This document shows, in pieces, positions 9,850-19,943 of a DNA stretch of 64,000 nt. Made by a program: the position numbers and the translations under genes. Origin of the DNA: an uncultured Alphaproteobacteria bacterium (GTDB taxonomy: Bacteria; Pseudomonadota; Alphaproteobacteria; Rhizobiales; Xanthobacteraceae). The notes beneath the pieces are model-generated. The model saw only the letters and a program-made list of their open reading frames with translations. It did no database searches and was not told where the DNA came from. The stretch is from positions 1,864,024-1,928,023 of the forward strand of contig CAVPHQ010000001.1 of NCBI GenBank assembly GCA_963704765.1, read 5' to 3'. Positions within the stretch are counted from its first letter, which is position 1. Every line of letters starts with the position of its first letter.

Positions 9850-10067
9850 CGCGCGCGAATGGTGCAACCGGCCGCGGACGTGTTGACCGTCCTCGCTTCC
9901 GTTACTCCCCTTGTGGCCGAGGCTTGACCAGGCGATCCAGCGAACCATGGCGGTCAAGCGTTATCTGGATGCCCGGGTCGCAGCCCGGGCTGCGGTCGGA
10001 CCTTCCCACGAGGGGAGATGTTAACGCGCACCCATTGAACCCCGCCGCCCGAAGGTCCACATTGGTC

Positions 10068-10180
10068 TCGTTCCGAGGGGTGCCCAAGATTCCTATTTGA
10101 ATCACGGGCTGAGATTCCGCTGGACGCGGTGACCCTTCGAACCTGATCCGGGTCATGCCGGCGCAGGGACTGGAACCGAA
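10068..10180 (+). promoter_or_regulatory. TPP (THI-box) riboswitch leader of thiC
   Basis: GGGGTGC...GGCTGAGA...ACCCTTCGAACCTGATCCGGGTCATGCCGGCGCAGGGA matches the THI element consensus. Lies directly upstream of the thiC ATG at 10227. Ends are approximate. Confidence 0.85.
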
Positions 10181-10226
10181 GCCCAGCCTTCGCCCCCGGG
10201 TCTCCGTGCACGCAAGGAGATCCGCC

Positions 10227-12063
<1,837 letters not shown>

Positions 12064-12120
12064 GATTATTTGATTTCTACGTCTTGGCTCGTCTTCGCGG
12101 TCGGCTACTAATGTCAGACT

Positions 12121-13433
12121 TCGTCGATAGTTTGGTTTCGTCCGTGAACGCCCTCTATTTAGCGCTTCTCTCTTTTTTCGTCATCTATATCTACGTCTGT
12201 TACGATCAAATTGATCGTAACCAAGCCACCAGAAATCTAGCGGCGCTCGATAAATTGTTGATTTTGCGATTTATTGCACAGTCGAACGATTTCGGTCATC
12301 AACCGGCAAAACTAAACCAGTTGCCGGATTTTTTTCTGCGCGCATCGAGAGAGTTCTTAGCAAGGCATGAGGGTGATATCGATGAAGACATTTTCTCTTA
12401 CGAAGCCTTGGAACGGCGGAGTTTTACAAACTCAATAGTTGAAGGTGCAATGATACGAACAAACATTCCGGCGCGACTTGCTCCGGGAGCACTTTGCGAT
12501 GTTTTGATATCGCGGGGACAACCCGGCTCGACGTATGATGTCTTGTCGGGTCAAATTGTCGGCGGAGTTCTTCACGTCAAAAGCGAGAACGTATATCTGA
12601 TAAGTTTTACAAGATGCGGACTGGGATACGACCAAGAATTTAGTGGTTTGATATTCAGACTTGACGATGGGCAAGCGATTATTGGGATGAGCACCAAGTT
12701 AGAGCAGGAGTTTCCCGGTTTGAAACCTCCTGACCCCTGGCCGTCGCTCACCTTCTCGCACATGGTAGAACTCAAGAAGAATTTACCAGAGCCTATCGCC
12801 AAGTACGCAAGTCTCGACGACACATTTATTGTTCTTCACCTTCGGACGATAGAATACTACGTCTTGCGATATGCAAATTCTCGGCATGGTAGGTACTATC
12901 AGGCGCGCGAGCTCGAACTCGCGGTGCAGCGACTATTTGAGGAGCAAGAGAAGACTGCACCTCTTGTTGGCATTGCTGCGACGAGCTCTTCAATTGTGCG
13001 ATGGGGTATAGTCTTGTACTTCGTGCTGACCTTCGAGCTTTGGCGAAGGGTCAGACGCTTACCGCAAGGCAAGTTTTCGTCAAATAAGTATTGGTTTGCA
13101 TTCGAGACTCGTGGTGTAGTTGGACGAGGTTACGCGTACTTTTGTGCTCTCGCCCCCGCTCTGATTGGAATCGTAGCTTATCTGCTCTTTTTTACCGCAA
13201 GGAACTCGACCATCTATCTATTTGATCGCGTCATCACTTTGTCCGGAATCTTTAGCCTCACGTTCCCGGAGGCTCCACCGTCAGGCTGGCGTATGTCTAC
13301 CTGGCTCGCTCTCGACCTCGCGGTAATCATGATACTGCAGATCGCGATTTTGTGGCTCACTTCGAAAAAGCTGGTTTCCGTCGTCCGAGTAAATTCTTTT
13401 CCGGAATCCTCACGACGAAAAAACGTCGACTGA
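12121..13433 (+). CDS. orphan multi-pass membrane protein in a low-GC island (437 aa)
   Basis: ATG at 12121 inside chimeric track ORF 10155..13433. About 45% GC versus about 67% in the flanks. N-terminal TM LYLALLSFFVIYIYVCY and about 4 C-terminal hydrophobic helices. No motif recognised. Confidence 0.6.
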
Positions 13434-13504
13434 ATTGCAGCCAACACTCCGCCGCCCGGTCTCTTGATCGCGGCGCCGGGCGTCGCCGTCCCTTTTCCGT
13501 CCCG

Positions 13505-13538
13505 CACAAAAATGAACGGCCCGCGCGGGGCGGGCCGT
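13505..13538 (-). terminator. rho-independent terminator of the 13564..13758 gene
   Basis: Stem ACGGCCCGC (13516-13524) / GCGGGCCGT (13530-13538), followed on the minus strand by TCATTTTTGT. Confidence 0.5.
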
Positions 13539-13563
13539 CCCAAAGCAGGCTATGTGAGGCCGC

Positions 13564-13758
13564 TCAGCAGACCCGCTTCTTCACCGCCAGCGTGACCGGC
13601 AGGAACAGGATATCGGCCACGCAGGAGCCGGCCGTCACCGGAGCCGCTTTCGCGGCCCGCGCGCGCCGCTTGGCGGCGTCGGCCGGCGAAATGGTGGCGA
13701 GCGAGAACGCTGCGATCAGCGCGAAGGCGGCAGAGGCCGCCAGGATTTTCCGAAGCAT
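13564..13758 (-). CDS. small hypothetical secreted/membrane protein (64 aa)
   Basis: Signal-like MLRKILAASAAFALIAAFSLATISPADA. Has its own terminator. Confidence 0.4.
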   Translation of the reverse strand: MLRKILAASAAFALIAAFSLATISPADAAKRRARAAKAAPVTAGSCVADILFLPVTLAVKKRVC

Positions 13759-13890
13759 ATGGAGTCCCCCTTGTGAGCGGCACCCGGGTGCCGCAGGCGC
13801 AAATCCTACGCCGCCTTTATGACGCCGATCCAGCCGCTTTCGAGAGAATCCGGTGGAAGGCCAGGCTCAGCAGCCCCTCGCCCCAGAACC

Positions 13891-13950
13891 CGCTCGTCCC
13901 CGCGAAAGCGGGGATCCATGCTGGATTCCCGCATACGCGGGAATGAGCGG
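13891..13950. repeat. REP-like nested palindrome, family A
   Basis: CGCTCGTCCCCGCgaaaGCGGGGATCCATGCTGGATTCCCGCataCGCGGGAATGAGCGG. Confidence 0.7.
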
Positions 13951-13964
13951 AATACGCTCAGCAC

Positions 13965-14869
13965 CTACCGAATAAACGTCCCGCTCTGCAGCTCGCGCAC
14001 CGCCTGCTGAATCTCGGCCTGCGTGTTCATCACGATCGGGCCGTACCAGGCGACCGGCTCCTCGATCGGCTTGCCGGAGACGAGCAGGAAGCGGATGCCT
14101 TCCTCGCCGGCCTGCACCGTCACCTCGTCGCCGGCGTCGAACAGCACCAGCGAGCGGTTGCCGGTGCGCTCGCGCTGGAGCGTCTCGCTGCCGTCGCGGC
14201 CGCCTTCTCGGTCAGCACGCCGAACGGCGCCGACGCGCCGCCGAACGTGCCCGAGCCCGCGAACACATAGGCGAAGGCGTGGGCGTGGGTGTCGACCTTG
14301 AGCGTCTTCTTCTTGCCGGGCGGCACCGAGACGTCGAGATAGCGCGGCTCGGCCGCGACGCCGTCCACCGGGCCGCGCTTGCCCCAGAACTCGCCGGTGA
14401 TCACGCGCACGGCCGTGCCGTCGTCGTCCACGACCTCGGGGATCGCCGCCGCCGGAATGTCCTGATAGCGCGGCGCCGTCATCTTGAGCGACGAGGGCAG
14501 ATTGGCCCAGAGCTGGAAGCCGTGCATGCGGCCCCGCTCGTCGCCCTTCGGCATTTCCTGATGGAGAATTCCGCGCCCGGCCGTCATCCATTGCACGTCG
14601 CCCGCGCCCATCTTGCCGCGGTTGCCGAGGCTGTCGCCGTGCTCCACCTCGCCGGCGAGCACGTACGTAATGGTCTCGATGCCGCGGTGCGGATGCCACG
14701 GAAAGCCGGCGATGTAGTCGGCCGGGTTGTCGCCGCGGAAATCGTCGAACAGCAGGAACGGGTCGAACTCGGAGGTCTCGCCGAAGCCGAACGCGCGCCG
14801 CAGCCGCACGCCCGCGCCTTCGAGCGTGGGCTTCGACTGCACGATGCTTTTCACCGGACGGATGGACAT
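13965..14869 (-). CDS. pirin family protein, frame-shifted as assembled near 14203
   Basis: GFPWHPHRGIETITYVLAG...H cupin motif in ORF 14120..14869. The C-terminus NRSLVLFDAGDEVTVQAGEEGIRFLLVSGKPIEEPVAWYGPIVMNT is in the frame ending at 13965. Confidence 0.85.
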
Positions 14870-15011
14870 GGGGCTGGTCCTTGGTTGAGTGCCCTATGTG
14901 GCGCTGGAAGACGCGCGGCGCAAGGACACGACGCACAAGGACATGACGCACAAGGACATGGGCCGCATGCGCGGGGTGCATCCCAACCCCGTCATGCCAG
15001 GAGGCGAGGCG

Positions 15012-15296
15012 TCAGTTATTTCGCCCGCCGTCCGCTTGATCCTTCATCCACCCCGACAAGCTCGCGGGCTTTGCCTTGGCTTTCCTGGCCGGCTTCTTCG
15101 TGGCTACGGCGGGCTCTTCAGGCGCAATTCCTTCGGCCGCTTCCTTCTCCAGGCGAAGCGCCTTCAAGCGCTCGGTCTTGGCGCGCAGCGCCAGCGCGGC
15201 GGATTCGTATTCGGCCATGGCCTTCTTGCCCTCTTCGGCCCGCTGCGCCTTCTTGAACTGAATATTGGCCGCTTCCGTCTTCTTGTTGTCCGCCAA
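15012..15296 (-). CDS. hypothetical Lys/Ala-rich small protein
   Basis: 94-aa ORF, charged coiled-coil-like. No recognisable domain. Confidence 0.5.
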   Translation of the reverse strand: MADNKKTEAANIQFKKAQRAEEGKKAMAEYESAALALRAKTERLKALRLEKEAAEGIAPEEPAVATKKPARKAKAKPASLSGWMKDQADGGRNN

Positions 15297-15350
15297 TGCG
15301 ATCTCCTGTGAGTGAAAGGCTCGAAAACACGCTCCCCCGGCCGGGCGCGC

Positions 15351-15584
15351 CTATTTCCCGGCGAGCTTGCGCAGCGCCTCGTTGATCCGCTCCTGCCAGC
15401 CCGGCCCGCCTTCCTGGAAGTGCTCGAGCACATCCTTGTCGAGGCGCAAGGAAACGAGCTCCTTGGCGCCGGGCAGCGAAGGGCTTTTCGGCGGGGTTTC
15501 CAACGGCTTGGTGGTCGCCGCCTTGAACAGGGCGTCCGCCGCATGCCGCGGGTCGGCAGGTCTTCGGGCCATTGGATTACTCAT
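15351..15584 (-). CDS. BrnA-antitoxin-like protein (solo)
   Basis: C-terminal VSLRLDKDVLEHFQEGGPGWQERINEALRK matches the BrnA_antitoxin pattern. Start taken at MSNPM. No BrnT-like partner next to it. Confidence 0.6.
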   Translation of the reverse strand: MSNPMARRPADPRHAADALFKAATTKPLETPPKSPSLPGAKELVSLRLDKDVLEHFQEGGPGWQERINEALRKLAGK

Positions 15585-15636
15585 AGCACCGCGCGCGGAT
15601 GCGTGCAGGATTTCTCGCGGGCGGACGCCGGCTGCG

Positions 15637-15906
15637 TCAACGGGCGATAAAGGCAAACAGGATGAAAACCCCGGTTCCGCCAGCCAGAATCGCAAGTCGC
15701 GTGCCCGCGGCCAGCACCGGCAGGAGGGCGAAAACGACCGCGGCGATGATCCCGAGCGGCACCGTCAGGATCGGCAATTGGCCGAAGTCCGTTCCCGCGA
15801 TGAGATAGGCGGCGATAACGCCGAGTCCCCAGCCGAACGGGAACGCGCACAGCGCCGCCGCGCTCACCAGGAGCCAGCGGGGAACTTGCATCCCTTTCCC
15901 CTCCAC
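15637..15906 (-). CDS. small integral membrane protein
   Basis: 89 aa with 3 hydrophobic helices. Start may be the internal MQVPR. Confidence 0.45.
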   Translation of the reverse strand: MEGKGMQVPRWLLVSAAALCAFPFGWGLGVIAAYLIAGTDFGQLPILTVPLGIIAAVVFALLPVLAAGTRLAILAGGTGVFILFAFIAR

Positions 15907-15916
15907 TACGCCTGGA

Positions 15917-16396
15917 TCAAGCCGGCCGGAACTTCCTCACCGCTGCAATCGCGACCAGGCCGAAAATCGCCAGCGCCACGAGCTGCGCCACCAGGAACGG
16001 CGGCTCCGATTGCGTCGGCGCCATCGCGGTCAGCACCGGCAGCTTCTTGAACGCCTGCGCGATCAGGACGACGACGAGGAACCATAGGCCGAGCACCATG
16101 CCGAGCGCGTAGATCCAGCGCCACACGCCGGCGAGCCGGAAGGCATAGCGCGCCAGCAGCACCAGCGCGAACACCACGAGCGAGGCGGCGCCGAGATAGT
16201 GCGAATCGATGAGGCGGACGAATGGAAAGCCGAACCCGGTCACGCTGGTCGCGATCGCGCTCACCAGATACAGCGCGGTCCACCCGCCGGGCATGCGCGA
16301 GCCCAGGAGCTCCTTCACCACCACGATGCCCGCCACGATCGCGACGAGACTCAGCAGCGTATGGATCCATGCGTACGTCGTGAGGCCGAGGTACAT
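15917..16396 (-). CDS. integral membrane protein (4-5 TM)
   Basis: 159 aa, strongly hydrophobic throughout. Confidence 0.6.
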   Translation of the reverse strand: MYLGLTTYAWIHTLLSLVAIVAGIVVVKELLGSRMPGGWTALYLVSAIATSVTGFGFPFVRLIDSHYLGAASLVVFALVLLARYAFRLAGVWRWIYALGMVLGLWFLVVVLIAQAFKKLPVLTAMAPTQSEPPFLVAQLVALAIFGLVAIAAVRKFRPA

Positions 16397-16461
16397 CGAA
16401 CCCTCCCGGTTTGAATTGCAAAAACTCTAGCACGCATGCGGCCGGGGCGCTGCACTCCTGC

Positions 16462-17301
16462 TCAAGACGTCGGCGCTTCGCCCGGCGCGGCTTCCGCCGG
16501 TTCGGCGGGACTCGCTGCCGGCGTCCCCACCCCCTGCAGCATCCGCTCGATCTGCTCGAACATGGCTTTCGCGAAGCGCCCGATCCCGGCGCGCATGTGC
16601 GGCGAAGCATAGGCGATCGAATTGTGCGCCGGCGTCCGCTCCGTCGGCGGATCGCGCAAAAAATCGGCGAGCGAAAGCTTGCTCTCGGCCAGCGCCAGTG
16701 CGAACAGCGAATCGAGCCGCGGGATCAGCATGCGCCGCGCGTGCTGCTTCAGCGTGAAATAGCCGTCGCCGACGCGCGCGTATTTGTCGATCTCGCCCAG
16801 ATTCTCGTTCTCGGCGGTGACGAACGCGCAATCGGGAAAGCGCGCGAGCAGCCGCCCGCCTTCCTCATAGGATTCCGTGTCCTGCCCCGGGATATAGAAG
16901 ATGACGGTCTCGACGTTGCGCGCGCGGGCCTCGGCCACGTAATCGCTCTCGCGCATCAGATCGAAGAATTTCTTGAACGAGCGCGCGGCCACGTCGACGA
17001 TCTGCACTTCGGCCGATGGCGCCGCCAGCCGGTCGAACAGCGCCATCTGATCCCGCACCTTGTCGAGATCGAGCACGGTCGAGCGCCCGAGAAAATGCGC
17101 CGACAGCTTCGGGTTGGCGGCGTCGGTATCGAAAATCTCGACGCTCTCGCGCGCTTGCAGGAAAAAGTCGGCGATCGCCCGCGCCAGCAGCGTCTTGCCG
17201 TTTCCGGCGCGCAGCGAGGCGACGACGATCGCGAAATTTTTCAGGGCCGGCGCGGCTTCCGGCGTGGCCGGCCCGGCTTCAGGCTCCGGCTCCGTGCTCA
17301 G
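16462..17301 (-). CDS. ParA/MinD-like P-loop protein, degenerate Walker A, no canonical start codon
   Basis: Track ORF 16462..17076 starts at an internal GTG. The open frame continues upstream through NFAIVVASLRAGNGKTLLARAIADFF. The only start-like codon is CTG at 17301 in a CTGA overlap with the upstream stop. Confidence 0.5.
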   Translation of the reverse strand: MSTEPEPEAGPATPEAAPALKNFAIVVASLRAGNGKTLLARAIADFFLQARESVEIFDTDAANPKLSAHFLGRSTVLDLDKVRDQMALFDRLAAPSAEVQIVDVAARSFKKFFDLMRESDYVAEARARNVETVIFYIPGQDTESYEEGGRLLARFPDCAFVTAENENLGEIDKYARVGDGYFTLKQHARRMLIPRLDSLFALALAESKLSLADFLRDPPTERTPAHNSIAYASPHMRAGIGRFAKAMFEQIERMLQGVGTPAASPAEPAEAAPGEAPTS

Positions 17302-18047
17302 TCGCGCACCGCGCGGCCGGCGAGCCGGTCGATCAGCGAGATCCGGTCGTACTCATCGCCCACCAGGTTGCACCAGGTGCGCACGTAGCCGCGCAGCACC
17401 AGCGAATAATTCGCATTGTGCCCGCGCGCGTCCTTGTTCTTGATGAAGGTGGAGAACGGCACGCCGGCGAGCTCCACCTGCTCGCACGCCATCTCGTTGA
17501 GCTTCGGGATATTCAGCTCGAGCGCGCCCTTGGCCTTCTTGAAATAATTGTCGTACACGGCGCGGTCCCATTCGAAGAAGCTCGCTTCGTTGACGAAGTT
17601 CTTCACCACGTAATACGCGCCGTCCTCGCAATAGGGCAGCACCTCGACGATCTCCTCGAGCGAAGAGACCGAGGGCCCCAGGATGTGGAACAGGTGGAAG
17701 CCGTAGTCGCCGTCGGCCACCGCTTTGAAGAAGCCGTTATCCTTGAACGCCTGCAGCGTGCGGCGGAGCAAGCCGGCGCGGATATCGACGACCGTGAGCT
17801 TCTCGTCGGCGCTATCGAGCGTGTCGATGATCTTGATCTGGTCGGGCGTCGAGGTCAGATCCACGATCTCGGTGACCTGGGGGTGAAAGCGCTTGAGGGT
17901 GCCGCGCGGATATTCCGAATCGAAGGCGCGCGCCTTAACACCGTTGCCGTGCAGATAATCGAGCACCGTGCGCGCGATCGTGGTCTTGCCGACGCCGCCC
18001 TTGTCGGCGCCGATCACCAGGACCGTCGGCTTTTGTGTTCTGGCCAC
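17298..18047 (-). CDS. ParA/MinD-family P-loop ATPase
   Basis: TVLVIGADKGGVGKTTIARTVLDYL deviant Walker A. 249 aa. Confidence 0.8.
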   Translation of the reverse strand: MARTQKPTVLVIGADKGGVGKTTIARTVLDYLHGNGVKARAFDSEYPRGTLKRFHPQVTEIVDLTSTPDQIKIIDTLDSADEKLTVVDIRAGLLRRTLQAFKDNGFFKAVADGDYGFHLFHILGPSVSSLEEIVEVLPYCEDGAYYVVKNFVNEASFFEWDRAVYDNYFKKAKGALELNIPKLNEMACEQVELAGVPFSTFIKNKDARGHNANYSLVLRGYVRTWCNLVGDEYDRISLIDRLAGRAVRD

Positions 18048-18435
18048 GCGCTCACCCTTGTTTGGTCGAGAATTGGCTGGTCGATAAATCGATGCGTTTC
18101 CCTCATAGCACTGCGGACACTATATGCGGGAAATATGGCCGCCGCGGCCGCCGTAAATTCGCTCAGCCCGCAGGGGCTTAAGGAGCGCTTTACCCGGGTG
18201 CGCTAGGATGGTCGCTATCGGTTCGAGATCGGCCGCGCGCCGCCATCCTTGGGATGCGGCTGCATCGGTCTCCAGGCGACTTGAAGCGGAATCGCATCTT
18301 TCAGTGTTTTCCGCATCCCGCTGACCCGACTCGCGAATTCACCTGGCCAAAAGCCTCCCCTCGCGTGAAACATCACGTTAATTGCGCTCGCAGAGCGGCC
18401 CTTTTTTCGCCCCCGCGGAGCGCCTATATTCCAAC

Positions 18436-18775
18436 TGCCGGCGCAAGCCGGCTATGGCGATAAAGGCTCGTCGCAATAAACCCTTCGGACCCGGGGGCAG
18501 TACCCGGCGCCTCCACCAAAGCCCGCAAAGCGGAAAAAATTTTCGGGCTTCGGCGGGGGCGAAACAGGATCGACGAGGGCGTAAAGGACGCGGCTTTTGC
18601 TCGGGATGGTACCGCCGTTATCGGGCCATAACATAGTTGGCAACGACAACTATGCTCCGGTTGCTCAGGCCGCGTAAGCGGTTTGAAAGACCGAAATTAA
18701 GCCCTGGCGGGTAGCACTGTCAGGCGGGGTCCGGGGGCACCTGGCAACAGAAGCCCCCACTTCCATTTCACGGGT
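18436..18775 (+). ncRNA. ssrA: two-piece (permuted) tmRNA
   Basis: The acceptor piece ends GACCCGGGGGCAGTACCCGGCGCCTCCACCA at 18518. The coding piece starts GGGGGCGAAACAGGATCGACG at 18555, and GGGGGCG pairs with CGCCTCC including G3-U. Tag ORF 18639-18677 encodes GNDNYAPVAQAA followed by a stop. Outer ends are approximate. Confidence 0.75.
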
Positions 18776-18822
18776 CACTGGCGGCCGCACGGGAAATCGG
18801 CTTCACTCCGCGCAGATTCGCG

Positions 18823-19431
18823 ATGGCTGACCTCATCCGCTACGACTTGCTCGCCCAAGACGCATTGCGCGGCGTCGTCCGCAAAGTGCTGACCGATGTC
18901 GCGCGCGAAGGCCTGAAGGGCGATCACCATTTCTACGTCGCCTTCGATACCCGCGCGCCGGGCGTGCGCATTTCCGATCGCCTGCGCGCGAAATATCCCG
19001 AAGAAATGACCATCGTGCTGCAGCACCAGTTCTGGGATCTCACCGTCACCGAACAGACCTTCGAAGTCGGCGTCTCGTTCGGCGGCACGCCGGAGCGGCT
19101 GCTGGTGCCGTTCGCGGCGATCAAGGGCTTCTTCGATCCCTCGGTGCAGTTCGGTCTGCAGTTCGAGGTGACCAAGGACATGAGCGCGCCGGCGCAGGAC
19201 GTGGCCGCCAAGACCGAGCCGGCCGCCAAGAAGCTCGCGCACGAGAAGCCGTCGCGTCCGGCGCCACGCGGCGCCGCCTCCGAGCCGGAGGAAACCCGGC
19301 CGGTGCGCGGCTCGGTTCCGGCCACGAAAAAGAAAGCGGCACTCGCCAAGGTCGACAAGCAGGGCGAGCCTGCGCCCAAGCCCAAGGCCGGCGCCGAAAT
19401 CGTCAGCCTCGACAAGTTCCGCAAGAAGTGA
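18823..19431 (+). CDS. sspB: SspB-like ClpXP adaptor (alphaproteobacterial type)
   Basis: N-terminal domain MADLIRYDLLAQDALRGVVRKVL...MTIVLQHQFWDL, a long Pro/Lys linker and a C-terminal IVSLDKFRKK tail. Adjacent to ssrA. Confidence 0.7.
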   Translation: MADLIRYDLLAQDALRGVVRKVLTDVAREGLKGDHHFYVAFDTRAPGVRISDRLRAKYPEEMTIVLQHQFWDLTVTEQTFEVGVSFGGTPERLLVPFAAIKGFFDPSVQFGLQFEVTKDMSAPAQDVAAKTEPAAKKLAHEKPSRPAPRGAASEPEETRPVRGSVPATKKKAALAKVDKQGEPAPKPKAGAEIVSLDKFRKK

Positions 19432-19943
19432 GCGACACGCTTCCGCTCGTGCTGGTAGTCGCGGTCGCCGAGAACGGCGTCATCGGCCGCGACAACGAAC
19501 TGCCCTGGCGGCTGCCGGGCGATGCCAAGCATTTTTACCGCAAGACGATCGGCAGGCCGGTGGTCATGGGCCGACAGACGTTTCTGTCCATGGGCAAGCC
19601 GCTGCCCGGGCGCGCCAACATCGTCATGACCCGCGATCCGGGCTTCCGCGCCGAGGGCGTGCTGGTGGCCATGGACCTGAAGTCCGCGCTTGCGCTCGCG
19701 GCCAAGGAAGCCGCCCGCATGGGCGCCAACGAGATCGCCATCATCGGCGGCTCCGGCGTATTCGCCGAGACCTTACCGCTGGCTTCACGCCTCGAGATCA
19801 CCGAAGTGCACGGCAAGCCCGAAGGCGATACGCACTTTCCCGAATTCGATCGCAAGGAATGGCGCGAAACCAAGCGCGACGGCCCGCACCAGGAAAGCGG
19901 CGAGACGTTTCCCTACACGTTCGTGACGCTCGAGCGGCGCTGA
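19428..19943 (+). CDS. folA: dihydrofolate reductase
   Basis: VAVAENGVIGRDNELPWRLPGDAKHFYRKTIGRPVVMGRQTF. The GTG start overlaps the sspB stop (GTGA). Confidence 0.9.
   Translation: MSDTLPLVLVVAVAENGVIGRDNELPWRLPGDAKHFYRKTIGRPVVMGRQTFLSMGKPLPGRANIVMTRDPGFRAEGVLVAMDLKSALALAAKEAARMGANEIAIIGGSGVFAETLPLASRLEITEVHGKPEGDTHFPEFDRKEWRETKRDGPHQESGETFPYTFVTLERR

Noticed and set aside
12064-13440. Prophage, integrative element or IS as the origin of the two low-GC islands
   Set aside because: No integrase, transposase, terminal inverted repeats, tRNA/tmRNA attachment site or flanking direct repeats are visible. They are kept only as compositionally foreign inserts of unknown origin.
16411-18206. 325-aa and 396-aa plus-strand ORFs
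   Set aside because: They are antisense shadows of the two ParA-like genes and carry no motifs.
18200-18250. tRNA-like GGTTCGAGATCGG...GCCGCCA segment upstream of ssrA
   Set aside because: I could not fold a T-stem around the TTCGAGA loop. There is no acceptor or anticodon arm, and the sequence after CCA does not fit. The convincing acceptor end is at 18518.
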